A stretch of DNA of 64,000 nucleotides from Candidatus Eiseniibacteriota bacterium (GCA_963823555.1 CAWGMA010000001.1:256001-320000), one strand, 5' to 3'. Shown: positions 19,387-32,889, numbered from the stretch's first letter. Made by a program: numbers and translations. Notes: generated by a model from the sequence alone, not told the origin.

Positions 19387-21595
19387 ATGCGCACGCTCAG
19401 GGACCGCTCTCACGGCCGCGGCCGGTGCTGTTGCGCTTGCGATCGTGCTCGGTACCTGCTCCAAGGCGCCCACCGACGTTCCGGTTCCCAACCGGCCTCC
19501 GGTCGTTGCCATCTCGGCCGGTCCGATCCGCGATTCGGTCGAGGTCTTCATCACGACATTCAACTGGAACGCTCATGACCCCGACGGCGTGGTGACGCAC
19601 TTCCTGTTCGCCGTCGACGACACACTGAGTTCCGAATCCTGGCTCCAGACCGCGGCCTACGAGATCACGCTCTTGTTCTCCGCTGTCGACTCCGCAGGAG
19701 TCGACTCGATCGTGGTTGGGCCTTCCGGAGTGGCGCTGGAGCGCTATCGGTTCCGCGGCGCGCACACGTTCTTCTTGAAAGCCGTCGACGACGATGGGGC
19801 CGAATCGGCTCCCGCGGCGCTGTCGTTCACGGCGGAGACCATCGCTCCGGAGACCGAGATCATCACCCCCAGTGCGTCGGTGCTCGTGACCCTCGGGCCG
19901 ACCTTCACGGTCAGCTGGGAGGGGGTCGATCGGGATGGGACCGAGAACCCTGTCGGGTACTCGCATCGACTGGTCCCGGTGGCCGATGTGCTGGCCCTCT
20001 CGCCGGAACGAATGGAGGAGATCCTTTTCGACCCGGCTGCTCCCGGTGACGGCTGGTCACCGTTCGAGCCCCGGACGAGCGTGCTCCTGCGCGACCTGGC
20101 GATTCCGGTCGATTACCTGTTCGGCGTGCGGGCGCTGGATCAGGCGGGGGCCATCGAACCCCGCATGCGCTCGGCGGCGGCGCCGGGCCCAACCAACATC
20201 CTGCGCATCCGCGCCCGCGTCGAGGGCGGCCGGCCGACGCTCACGGTCTCGAGCGCGGTCAAGTCGACCGATTTCCCGACGGCGGACGAGCGCAAGAAGA
20301 CCTTCCAGATTCCGGCCAGCACCAACGTGACCTTCACCTGGGTCGCCGATGCCGGCCAGTACGGCGGCCGCATCGTAGGCTACTCCTACGGCCTCGACCT
20401 GACCGATCTCGAGTTCGCCAATCCCGGGTGGTCCCCGGAGAGCGCGACCTTGCGGCGTATCGTCCTGCGTTTCGACCTGCGGCCAGGAGCGCGAGCCGAG
20501 GAGCACATCCTCTATGTAAGAGCCCGCGATGATGTCGGAAGTGAGATGATCGCGGACATCTACCTGATCGTGGTGCCCCTCTCGCTCGAGCGTGATGTGC
20601 TCTACGTGGACGATTTCGGAGGTGACCGGACCGGCAAGGTCGATGCCGACTGCGACCCCACGCCGCCGGCGGGGAACTGGAACCAGAGCAGCGATTGGCC
20701 CGAGGACCAGTGTCACGATCAGTTCGTGATGGGAACCGTCCGCCAGGCGCTGGCCGGACTGGGCCGTGCCGACTGGATCGTGGACCGCTACGAACCCCTC
20801 GATCCGCGCACCGGAAACGCCACCTTGCGTGACGCGGAGATCGACTCCACGTCCTTCGACTACTGGGAATACAAGGGGCTGGTCACGCTCTCCAATCTGG
20901 CGCGTTACAAGCTCGTGGTGTGGAATCTCCGCGCGGAAGAGACGAGCCAGCTGCGTCAAATGAACCGCGAGGGGGAAGACAATTATCTGGCTGCCTACAT
21001 CGAGGCGGGCGGCAATGTCTGGATCAGCGGCACGGGGACCTTCTCCCGGACCCGGCGGGATGAAGGTTCGGTCGGGTTGGGGGTCTTCGGTTTCGGGCCG
21101 TACGATTTTCTGTATCGCTTCCTCAAGCTCGAGTCGGTCTATGAGGGCGCCGATTGTGTGAACGGTTGTTTCCGCAATGGAGGGGTCACGGTGACGTTCC
21201 AGCGTCTCAATGGATTCGAGGGCGCGCTGGCCTCACCGGGGGTTCGAGCCGAAGGATTCCCCGATCTGCGCGTCGCGCGTGCCCCGTTCACCAGCCCGAT
21301 CAAGGGCGTCCCCAGCTGTGAGGGCATGGTCGTGCCTTACGGGCTCGATTCGAACCCCCGTCTCCGCCTCGCTGGAGGCCGCCTCGACACGCTCTACTTC
21401 TACCAGTCGAACGCCAAGCTGCAGCTCTTCCCGCCGGGCAACTCCTACCTCGACGGGGCGGCCTGTGCCCTGCGCTACGACGATCCCGCCCAGGGCCGCG
21501 TCATGGTGGCCGGCTTTCCGCTCTATTTCCTCGCTGGCGATCAGGCACGGGCGCTCGCGCTGCCCGCCATCCGGTGGCTTCTCGAGGGGGACTGA
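19387..21595 (+). CDS. lipoprotein (paralogue B of 16015..18219), apparent +1 frameshift at 19400-19402 or alternative start at 19313
   Basis: collinear with paralogue A, with long identical runs (RGAHTFFLKA, SFTAETIAPET, PTADERKKTFQIPA); lipobox VLGTC; best ATG (19387) is out of frame by one base. Confidence 0.75.
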
Positions 21596-22290
21596 TGCCA
21601 CCGGTCCGGCTGTCGATCATCGTGCCGGTATTCAATGAAGCGACAACGATCGAGGCCGTACTCGATCGGATTCGAGCAGCGACGCTTTCCGGTGTCGAGC
21701 GTGAGATCGTGGTAGTCGACGATGGCTCCACCGACGGCACACGAGATATCCTGGCCGGGATGGCGGGCAGGGAGTGTCACATCGTCTACCATGACAGGAA
21801 CCGCGGCAAGGGAGCGGCGGTGCGCACGGGACTGGCGCATGCATCGGGGGACTACGTGCTGATCCAGGATGCGGATTTCGAATACAATCCGGCGGACTAC
21901 GCCCGCCTGCTGGCTCCGGTTGCCGCCGGCGCGGACTGCGTCTACGGTTCTCGCCTGGCCACCGGCGGCGACCTCAAGATGGCGCCGCTCACCGTTCTCG
22001 CGAATCGCTTCCTATCCTGGATGACGCGCCGGCTCTATGGCGTGCGGCTCACCGACATGGAGACCTGCTACAAGCTCGTACGGCGGGATCTTCTGGCGAG
22101 CATCCAGCTCAAGGCGGACCGTTTCGATATCGAGCCGGAGATCACCGCCAAGCTCGCGAGGCGAGGCGTGGCCATTCACGAGGTTCCGATCCGCTACGAA
22201 GGGCGATCGCGGGCCGAGGGCAAAAAGATCGGCTGGCGCGACGGGGCCGAAGCCATGTGGACCCTGATCAAGTATCGGTTCGTCGATTGA
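21595..22290 (+). CDS. GT2 polyprenol-phosphate glycosyltransferase (DPM1-like)
   Basis: LSIIVPVFNE, VDDGSTDGT, NRGKGAA, QDADFEY, TDMETCYK, GKKIGWRDG; TGATG coupling. Confidence 0.92.
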   Translation: MPPVRLSIIVPVFNEATTIEAVLDRIRAATLSGVEREIVVVDDGSTDGTRDILAGMAGRECHIVYHDRNRGKGAAVRTGLAHASGDYVLIQDADFEYNPADYARLLAPVAAGADCVYGSRLATGGDLKMAPLTVLANRFLSWMTRRLYGVRLTDMETCYKLVRRDLLASIQLKADRFDIEPEITAKLARRGVAIHEVPIRYEGRSRAEGKKIGWRDGAEAMWTLIKYRFVD

Positions 22291-23969
22291 TGCCATCCCG
22301 CCGCGACTTCGCCGTCCTCGGCCTGGTCGTCCTCGCGCTACTGGCCGTCTACGTGGCGGAGGGGCTGGTTGCCCGCGGTATCTACAACGACGACGACATC
22401 GGCCACTACCTGATGGCCCGCGATGCGCTGGCGCGGCCGGAGCTCCTCCTCAACGTGTGGGGACGACCGCTGTTCACGCTTCTCTACGCGCTCCCCGCGC
22501 AGTCCGGATTCCCTGCGGTGCGGTTGATGACAGCGGTCGTGACCGCTCTCGCAGTGGCGGCGACCGGGCTCGCGGCCGCCCGGCTGGGCCTGTCGGCGCC
22601 GCTCACCGGAGCGCTGTTCGGAACGATGCCCTTCGTGCTCCTGCTGTCCTATTCGAGCCTCACCGAACCCCTCTGCGCCCTGGTCGTGGCGCTGGCCTTG
22701 TGGGCCTGGACCAGCCGCCGCCCGGGGCTTGCGCTCTTCCTGGTCGGACTCGTCCCGCTCGCCCGGCTGGAGCTGGGAGTGATCGCGGGGCTGTGCGGGC
22801 TCGTCTGGATGGCGAAGAACTCCGGCTCAAGGCGGCTGCTCGGTCTCCTTCCATTGTGGGGGGCCGCCGTCTGGGCCGCCCTGGGCGCCCTCGTCCACCA
22901 ATCGCCGTTGTGGCTCCTCGAGCAGGTATTCACCGGAGAGGCGAATCTCTACGGACAGACCGGCTTCTGGCATTACCCGCGCGGTCTCATCTTCATCATC
23001 GGTCCCGTCGCCTTCCTGTTCCTCCTTGTCGACTGGGTGACGAGCGCGGCGAAACGGCGCCTCGATTGGCTCTCCGTCCTGCCGGCCGCAGTGCTTCTCC
23101 TCTATGTCGTCTTCTCCTGGAAGCTCTCGCTGGGTCACGCCGCCGGGTTCCTGCGGCATCTGGTGGCGCCGGCGCCCCTGTTCGCCCTCGCCGCCGGGCG
23201 CGGTGTGAAGACCGCCCTGGGAGGGAGCGATGCCGCCAGGAGAGCTTTCCCGATCGTCCTCGCCGGTGGCTTCCTGATCGCGGCATTCCTGTCGCGGGCG
23301 CTCGTCATGCATCATCGGGCCGAAGGCCCGTTCGAGCTGGCCCGGATCACGGCCGCGGCGCTGGTGCTTGTTGTCCTCGCCTGGGTAGGGTGGGGGAAAC
23401 GCGCGTCGACGGTGCCCGATGGCCGCCGGGGCTACCACTCCAAGCGATCGAAAGCGCGAGATCAAGTCCGCGGCCGCCCGGGCATCGCTCTGGCTGGTGC
23501 GGTCCTCGTGGCAATCGCCTTCCTCTATGCCGTGACCGCCGAGCCGCCGCTGGCCCCGAGCCCCGAGCAGGAAGCGGTGATGGCGCTGGGGACTTGGTTC
23601 CTCGAGTCCGAATGGGCGGATGCTCCGGTCATCGCCAGCCACCCCTGGTTCCTGCGCGAGCTGGCGCGGGCCGGCCGGCTCCCCAGAGGCGGGGTGCCCC
23701 TCGTCAAGAAGGACGCTATCGAGGAGGCTGCTCCCCGAACGGTCGTGATCTGGGATTCCCACTATTCGATTCGTCCGCCACAGGGCATGCAGCTCAAGGA
23801 CTTCAAGCTCGACCCTAGATTCCGCATGGTCCGGGAGTCGATCGCGTCCGACCGGCGGTTCACGGCCTATGCGCTCCTGAAGGAGCAGGCCGGTGATCCG
23901 CGCCGCGCCCCGGGTTATGATTCCGAGAATGAACCGGTATCCAGAGGGGACCGTGAACCGACCCGCTGA
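22290..23969 (+). CDS. polytopic membrane protein, GT-C-fold glycosyltransferase-like
   Basis: TM1 followed by acidic NDDD loop, WGRPLF, LTEP, LARLE; many TM helices; soluble C-terminal domain; TGATG coupling. Confidence 0.65.
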   Translation: MPSRRDFAVLGLVVLALLAVYVAEGLVARGIYNDDDIGHYLMARDALARPELLLNVWGRPLFTLLYALPAQSGFPAVRLMTAVVTALAVAATGLAAARLGLSAPLTGALFGTMPFVLLLSYSSLTEPLCALVVALALWAWTSRRPGLALFLVGLVPLARLELGVIAGLCGLVWMAKNSGSRRLLGLLPLWGAAVWAALGALVHQSPLWLLEQVFTGEANLYGQTGFWHYPRGLIFIIGPVAFLFLLVDWVTSAAKRRLDWLSVLPAAVLLLYVVFSWKLSLGHAAGFLRHLVAPAPLFALAAGRGVKTALGGSDAARRAFPIVLAGGFLIAAFLSRALVMHHRAEGPFELARITAAALVLVVLAWVGWGKRASTVPDGRRGYHSKRSKARDQVRGRPGIALAGAVLVAIAFLYAVTAEPPLAPSPEQEAVMALGTWFLESEWADAPVIASHPWFLRELARAGRLPRGGVPLVKKDAIEEAAPRTVVIWDSHYSIRPPQGMQLKDFKLDPRFRMVRESIASDRRFTAYALLKEQAGDPRRAPGYDSENEPVSRGDREPTR

Positions 23970-25335
23970 ACGCGGATTCGCCGCGAGGATGAGAGGCGCG
24001 TGGCTCGGCCGTGCGCTGGCCTCCGATTGGGGGCTCTTCCTGTTCGCGGTGGCGGTGCGCCTCATCATGACGGCGTTCTACTCGCACCGTCATGTGACCA
24101 CCACGGGCCTCGAGCTGGGAACACTGGCCGACAACCTCATCGCAGGGCGAGGATTCGTCTGGGAGTTCTACGGGTCCACCGTTCCTCGCTCCTCGTTCTT
24201 CCCGCCGCTCTACCCGGCATTCATCGCCGTCCTCAAGATCCTCTTCGGGGCGGGCTGGGTGCCTGCGATGCAGGTCTCGCAGTCCCTGGTCTCCGCCGGA
24301 GCCGCGGTCGCCACTCGCCGTCTGGCCGTCCGGGTCTTCACCCCGGCGGCAAGCCGGGCCCGGGGCGTGGTCCCGGCCGCGCTGGCCACCGTCGGGGCAG
24401 GCACTCTGGCGCTGGCGTCGGGCTATGCGGTTGCCCTCTGGCCGCCGCTCGTCATCTACTCGGCTTCCGCCTACTCGGTCACCTTCGAGGCGCTGGCCGT
24501 GCCCTGGATCGCCCTCCTCCTCCACGATGCAGGGCGGAGTGGGCGGGTCGCCGACGCCGCACGAGCGGGAGTCGGCTACGGTCTCCTGGCCTACGCGCTG
24601 CCGGCCTTTCTCGGGAGCGTCGTGCTCGTGCCTGCCGGCTTCCGCGCCATGGGCCAGCGCTGGCCGCGTGCCATCCTCCTGGCGCTCGTCGCCCTCGCCG
24701 TGGCCCTCCTCGTGCTCGTCCCATGGACGGTGAGGAACGCCGTCATCCACCACCGTTTCATTCCGGTGGCCACCAACATCGGGTTCAACTACCTGGGCGG
24801 GCAGAACCCATACGCGAAGCCCTATTCGAACATCCTCTGTGCCTACGATGACCTGCGATGGAAGGTGATCGATCGGAACGCGCTCGAGACCCTGAACGAA
24901 GCTGATTTCGACCGCCTCCTGTTGCGCCAGGGACTCGCCTATGCCCTCGCGGAGCCAGGTCTCACGCTCCGCCGCATGGCTGAGCGCCTGGTCTATTACT
25001 GGTGGGGGAGCCCGGCGGTTCTCAGCTACAACCCGGAACAGGGACGTGGCAACCTGATCATGATGAGCCTCGTGCTGCCGCTCTTTCTGATCGGTCTCTT
25101 GAGGTCCTTCCGCGCTCCTGATCGCTTTGCGCTTCTCTATGTCATCTTCCTCTGGCAGTCGCTCTTCTACATGAACTTCGCCATTCGCGGGCGCTACGCC
25201 ATGCCGACTCATCCCCTCATGCTGGTGGTCGCCGTGCTCGGGGCTGCGGTGATCTGGGGCCTTGGCCGCCGGCGCACCGGGGAAAAGTCCGGCCTGCCAC
25301 ATGGAGGAGGCCAGGCGCACGGCGGCGGCCAGTAG
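23953..25335 (+). CDS. ArnT/PMT-like GT-C glycosyltransferase
   Basis: LADNLIAGRGF, PPLYPAF, PWTVRN..F.P.ATN.G.N..G.NP, RYAMP; multiple TM helices; start uncertain. Confidence 0.75.
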   Translation: MNRPAERGFAARMRGAWLGRALASDWGLFLFAVAVRLIMTAFYSHRHVTTTGLELGTLADNLIAGRGFVWEFYGSTVPRSSFFPPLYPAFIAVLKILFGAGWVPAMQVSQSLVSAGAAVATRRLAVRVFTPAASRARGVVPAALATVGAGTLALASGYAVALWPPLVIYSASAYSVTFEALAVPWIALLLHDAGRSGRVADAARAGVGYGLLAYALPAFLGSVVLVPAGFRAMGQRWPRAILLALVALAVALLVLVPWTVRNAVIHHRFIPVATNIGFNYLGGQNPYAKPYSNILCAYDDLRWKVIDRNALETLNEADFDRLLLRQGLAYALAEPGLTLRRMAERLVYYWWGSPAVLSYNPEQGRGNLIMMSLVLPLFLIGLLRSFRAPDRFALLYVIFLWQSLFYMNFAIRGRYAMPTHPLMLVVAVLGAAVIWGLGRRRTGEKSGLPHGGGQAHGGGQ

Positions 25336-25480
25336 ACCGAGGGCGTGCGCCTCGGGTCCCGCCACAGGCACCCTGCTCGAACCGGGAAAGCCCTTGCGAT
25401 CGGCGCCTTTCTTTGCTAATGACTTATAGTTACCCGTTTCCCGGAATCCCACCGGACAGTCCCACCGGAGAACCCAGAGC

Positions 25481-26983
25481 ATGAGCACGCAGGCGATGGT
25501 GGCTACCGAGTACCAGAACTTCATCGGAGGGCGCTGGGTGCCGGCGACCTCGGGCCGCAAGTTCGAGAACCGCAATCCAGCCCGTCACGACGAGATCGTT
25601 GGCACCTTTCCCCAATCGGGCCCCGAGGATGTCAACAAGGCCGTCGAGGCGGCAAGCAAGGCCTACGCGAGCTGGCGGCTCGTGCCGGCCCCGAAGCGCG
25701 CCGAGTTGCTCATGGCCGTCGGCCTCCGCATGACCGAGCGCAAGGACGAGATGGCGCGGATCATGACCCGCGAGATGGGGAAGGTCCTCCTCGAGACCCG
25801 CGGTGATGTGCAGGAAGGTATCGACACCGCCTTCTACATGGCGGGGGAGGGGCGGCGCCTGTACGGTGATACGACGCCATCCGAGCTACCCAACAAGCTC
25901 GCGATGTCCGTGCGGCAGCCGATCGGAGTCTGCGGTCTCATCACACCCTGGAACTTTCCGCTCGCCATTCCCACCTGGAAGCTCTTCCCGGCTCTGGTCT
26001 GCGGCAACACGGCGGTCATGAAGCCCGCCTCGGACACACCGGCCTCGGTGGCCGAGCTGGGACGCGTTCTCGATGAATGCGGCATTCCTCCCGGCGTCGT
26101 CAACATCGTGCACGGGTCGGGCCGCGATGTCGGGAGCCCCATCGTCGAGCATCCCGGCGTGCGTCTTATCTCGTTCACCGGCTCCTCGGAGGCCGGGATG
26201 GCGATCGGGGGCAAGTGCGGTGAGCGCTTGAAGCGTTGTTCGCTCGAGCTGGGCGGGAAGAACGCTCAGATCGTGATGGCGGACGGCGATCTCGACCTGG
26301 CTCTCGAAGGTGCTCTGTGGGGAGCCTTCGGTACCACCGGCCAGCGCTGCACGGCGACCAGTCGCCTCATCCTCGACCGGCCGATCGCCAAGCAAGTGAC
26401 CGAGATGATCGTCGAGAGGGCACGGAAGCTGCGTCTCGGGGATGGCCTCGACCCGCAGGTCCAGGTGGGGCCGGTGATCAACGAAAAGGCCCGCCAGGGG
26501 ATCCACGAGTACGTCGAGATCGGGAAGCGTGAGGGGGCGCGGCTCCTCACCGGCGGCCAGGTGGCCGCGGAAGGTGATCTGGCCCGCGGCTGGTTCTACC
26601 AGCCGACCGTGTTCGCCGATGTCACGCCTGGCATGCGCATCGCCCAGGAGGAGATCTTCGGCCCGGTGCTCTCGATCCTGGTCGTCGACGGATTCGAAGA
26701 GGCCATCGAGGTGCTCAACGGCACACGTTACGGCCTTTCTTCTTCGATCTACACGCGCGACGTGAACGCTGCCATGCGCGCCATCCGTGACATCGAAGCC
26801 GGCATCACCTACGTGAACGGGCCGACGATCGGAGCCGAGGTGCATCTTCCCTTCGGCGGGGTCAAGGACACCGGGAACGGCCACCGCGAGGCGAGCCACA
26901 CCGTGCTCGATATCTTCAGCGAGTGGAAGGCGGTCTATGTCGACTACTCGGGCAAGCTGCAGCGGGCCCAGATCGACACTTAA
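25481..26983 (+). CDS. aldehyde dehydrogenase family protein
   Basis: ITPWNFP, SFTGS, LELGGKN, GQRCTA catalytic Cys, EEIFGPV, PFGG. Confidence 0.95.
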   Translation: MSTQAMVATEYQNFIGGRWVPATSGRKFENRNPARHDEIVGTFPQSGPEDVNKAVEAASKAYASWRLVPAPKRAELLMAVGLRMTERKDEMARIMTREMGKVLLETRGDVQEGIDTAFYMAGEGRRLYGDTTPSELPNKLAMSVRQPIGVCGLITPWNFPLAIPTWKLFPALVCGNTAVMKPASDTPASVAELGRVLDECGIPPGVVNIVHGSGRDVGSPIVEHPGVRLISFTGSSEAGMAIGGKCGERLKRCSLELGGKNAQIVMADGDLDLALEGALWGAFGTTGQRCTATSRLILDRPIAKQVTEMIVERARKLRLGDGLDPQVQVGPVINEKARQGIHEYVEIGKREGARLLTGGQVAAEGDLARGWFYQPTVFADVTPGMRIAQEEIFGPVLSILVVDGFEEAIEVLNGTRYGLSSSIYTRDVNAAMRAIRDIEAGITYVNGPTIGAEVHLPFGGVKDTGNGHREASHTVLDIFSEWKAVYVDYSGKLQRAQIDT

Positions 26984-26991
26984 GGCGAGGC

Positions 26992-28077
26992 ATGGTGGAG
27001 ACATCATCGGTGCTGGTCACCGTCGCGCGCTCCGGCGAACTGGAGTCGGTGCATCGCGGCATGATTGCTGTGGCCGATGGCGACGGGCGTCTCATCGCCC
27101 ATGTTGGGTCGACCGATCGTCCGTTCTACTTCCGTTCCTCGGCCAAGCCGATCCAGCTCTTGCCCACCGTCGAGACCGGAGCTGCCGATCGCTTCGGGTT
27201 GAAGGAACGCGAACTATCCGCGGCGGCTTCATCGCATTCCGGGGCTCCGGAGCATGTCGAGGCCGCCCAGGAGATCCTCAGCCGGGTGGGCATCGGTACC
27301 GAGCGCCTCGGCTGCGGCTATCAGGAACCACGCAATCGCGATAGCCTACGTCTGGTGATGCAGCGGAACGGGCATGCCATGGCGGGCTTTGACGGAGCGG
27401 AGAAAGCGGTTGCCACGGCGGGGAGCCCGGATGACCCGTTCTCCCCTCTCTACAACAACTGCTCCGGCAAGCACGCGGCGATGCTGGCGTTGAGCGCTCA
27501 CCTCGGCGTCGACCCGGAGGGATACCTGGATCCGGAGCACCCGGCTCAGTCCTTGATCCTCGATCGGACCTGCGAGCTGGCCGGTCTCTCGCGGCGGGCC
27601 GTGCGCTTCGGCACGGACGGCTGCAGCGCCCCGACGCTCTATGCGCCGCTCGGCGCCTTCGCCGCCGCCTTCGGGAGACTGGCGCGCTTGATCCGGTCGA
27701 ACCAGGCGGGGCCTGCGGCCCGGATCCAGGTGGCGATGGCCGTGAGGCCGGACATGCTCGGGGAGCCGGGGAGCTTCAATGTGGTCCTGATGTCGGTTCT
27801 CGGTAGCCGTCTGATCGGCAAGGGTGGAGCGGAAGGCCTGTTCTGTGTTGCCGTGCCCCAGGCGGATCTGGGCTTCGCCGTCCGGGTCGAGGACGGAACA
27901 TCACGGGCAATCGGCACGGTGGTGCTGGAAGTGCTGCTCCAGCTTGGAGTCGTGCGCGAGGATGAGTTCGGATTCCTCGAGCACATGCATCGGCCGCAGC
28001 TCAGGAACTGGCGCGGCACCATTGTCGGACAGCTCGAGCCGATCTTCGCGCTCGAGCGAGCAGGGACATCCCGCTAG
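26992..28077 (+). CDS. L-asparaginase II (Rhizobium etli AnsA-type)
   Basis: RSSAKP, SHSG, NNCSGKH, DGCSAP, KGGAEG motifs. Confidence 0.88.
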   Translation: MVETSSVLVTVARSGELESVHRGMIAVADGDGRLIAHVGSTDRPFYFRSSAKPIQLLPTVETGAADRFGLKERELSAAASSHSGAPEHVEAAQEILSRVGIGTERLGCGYQEPRNRDSLRLVMQRNGHAMAGFDGAEKAVATAGSPDDPFSPLYNNCSGKHAAMLALSAHLGVDPEGYLDPEHPAQSLILDRTCELAGLSRRAVRFGTDGCSAPTLYAPLGAFAAAFGRLARLIRSNQAGPAARIQVAMAVRPDMLGEPGSFNVVLMSVLGSRLIGKGGAEGLFCVAVPQADLGFAVRVEDGTSRAIGTVVLEVLLQLGVVREDEFGFLEHMHRPQLRNWRGTIVGQLEPIFALERAGTSR

Positions 28078-28162
28078 CGGCCCGGGTGGGGCGAAGGCAC
28101 CCCAGCGCGTCCTCGAGCCAGCGGCTTCTTCAGGACACTCTTCAGTGGAGTGCAAGCGAACG

Positions 28163-30967
<2,805 letters not shown>

Positions 30968-31040
30968 CCGCGTGTGCGAGGAGGCTTCCCACCCGTTGTG
31001 TGGCAAGAACGGTGGGAAGCTTCCCGGCCGTTCGAATCCC

Positions 31041-31733
31041 ATGCGTTCCACGACCGTCATCATTCCCGCCCTCGATGAGGAGGCGGCCGTGGGCACGGTG
31101 GTGAGCGCGGTGCGCGATCCCCGGGTCGGCGAGGTGATCGTCGTCGACAACGGCTCGACCGATCGGACCGCGGAGGTGGCGCGTGCTCATGGGGCCACGG
31201 TGGTGCTCGAGCCCGAGCGCGGCTATGGCGCCGCCTGTTTGCGTGGCATCGCGACGGCTGCGCAACGGCCCACCACTCCCTTTGCCATCGCCTTCATCGA
31301 TGCCGACTGCGCTGACGATCCCGCCGAGCTTCCGCTTCTTCTCGATCCGCTCTATGCAGGGTCGGCGGATCTCGTCATCGGCTCGCGAGTGGCGCGGGCG
31401 GCGCCCGGGGCGTTGACCATCCAGGCTCGTTTCGGCAACTGGCTGGCAACGTCACTCATCCGTCTCCGGTTCGGCTTTCTCTACACCGATCTCGGTCCCT
31501 TCCGGGCGCTGACGTGGGACGCGCTCGCGCAGCTCGAGATGGCGGATCGCTCCTACGGGTGGACGGTCGAGATGCAGGTGCGCGCGCTCAAGCGCCGGCT
31601 CAGGGCGCGCGAGGTTCAGGTGAGCTACCGCCCGCGGGTGGGGAAGTCGAAGATCTCCGGCACGGTTCGCGGCGTCGTGGGAGCGGGCACCAAGATCCTG
31701 TGGACGATCGGTCGTGAGGCGATGACAGGCTGA
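31041..31733 (+). CDS. GT2 family glycosyltransferase
   Basis: IIPALDEE, VVDNGSTD, GYGAAC, DAD, TDLGPFR, YGWTVEMQ, GKSKISGT. Confidence 0.9.
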   Translation: MRSTTVIIPALDEEAAVGTVVSAVRDPRVGEVIVVDNGSTDRTAEVARAHGATVVLEPERGYGAACLRGIATAAQRPTTPFAIAFIDADCADDPAELPLLLDPLYAGSADLVIGSRVARAAPGALTIQARFGNWLATSLIRLRFGFLYTDLGPFRALTWDALAQLEMADRSYGWTVEMQVRALKRRLRAREVQVSYRPRVGKSKISGTVRGVVGAGTKILWTIGREAMTG

Positions 31734-31962
31734 ACAGAGCGCTGCTGCTCCCGTCGTGTGCCACCTCAGCGCGTCGATGGGCTGAGCCAATTGACCCAAT
31801 GGTGGCGTCCGATCTCCCGTAGCGGATGGTCTTCAATCCCCAGGGATCGCCAATGCCGACCCGGATCAGGTATGATCAATGAGGGTCCATGGCGAAGGTG
31901 GCGGGCGTGCATCAACCGGGTGCCGCTGCACCCCGCATGAGATCCGTTGCGCAAGGTGAGCG

Positions 31963-32889
31963 ATGTTCAAGCGCGAGCTAATCGAGGAGCTCAAGGCGCA
32001 CGACTACTCGCCGCGGGCCTGGGTTCACTACATCGGAGGCCACCTCCACCTGGTCCGCCAGGTGATCGATCAGCGCCCGGCTCCTGTGCGTTCGCTGATC
32101 GCCCATGCCGCCGGACTGTTCGTCCTGCTGCTCGTCTCTGCGCTCGCCCTCGCTCTTCTCGACCAGCCGGGAGTCAGCCGCCACGTGTTCCTGGCCGGGG
32201 GTGTCGCCCTCCTCTGCCTCTCCGGGTGGGCGCTCCTTCATCTCGGTCTGCTCACCGATCTCGGTGGCCGGCCGCTACTCGGGTTCGGCGCACCCAATGC
32301 GCTCACCCTGTTCCGCGGAGTGGCGGGGCCGCCGCTAATCGTGCTCGCGGCCGCAGGGGAGATCGGTCTTGCCGCCGTCGTGTACCTCCTGGCTTCGCTG
32401 TCCGATGTCGTCGATGGCTTTGTCGCACGGCGGCACGGACCGGTGTCGCACCTGGGAGTCGTGATGGATACGCTGGTCGACATCGTGTGGAACTCGAGCG
32501 CGATTTTGGCCTTCGTGCTGGCCGGCATCCTGCCGGCGTGGATCCTCGTGCTCGTGGGCGCGCGGTACGGCCTGCTCCTGACTGGATCGGCGGTGTTCTA
32601 TCTCCTCAATACCGAAGTCCACATCCGTCCGACACGATTCGGCAAGCTCACCGGCTTCTTCACCGCCGGGGTGATCCTGCTCATCCTCGTCAATCGCCAG
32701 GTGGTCGGCCACGGGCTACTCAGGCCGGGAGCGGCGGCGGAAGTGGAATCGTTGCTCGAGATCGTCCTCGGATTCCTCTTCGCGAGCACGATCATCCACG
32801 TTGTCGTGCTCGGGCTCTTCAACATCCACGGCCCGCCACGGCCCGCCGAGCGCGTCGCGGGCAAGGTCGTGGGGCGGATCCGGTCATGA
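31963..32889 (+). CDS. CDP-alcohol phosphatidyltransferase with N-terminal extension
   Basis: PNALTLFR and DVVDGFVARR..S.LG..MDTLVD catalytic motif. Confidence 0.88.
   Translation: MFKRELIEELKAHDYSPRAWVHYIGGHLHLVRQVIDQRPAPVRSLIAHAAGLFVLLLVSALALALLDQPGVSRHVFLAGGVALLCLSGWALLHLGLLTDLGGRPLLGFGAPNALTLFRGVAGPPLIVLAAAGEIGLAAVVYLLASLSDVVDGFVARRHGPVSHLGVVMDTLVDIVWNSSAILAFVLAGILPAWILVLVGARYGLLLTGSAVFYLLNTEVHIRPTRFGKLTGFFTAGVILLILVNRQVVGHGLLRPGAAAEVESLLEIVLGFLFASTIIHVVVLGLFNIHGPPRPAERVAGKVVGRIRS

Noticed and set aside
27824..28162. 113-aa N-terminal extension of PPDK suggested by the ORF track
   Set aside because: Overlaps the asparaginase gene; homology begins at MTKYVYFFG (ATG 28163), which has a GGAG upstream
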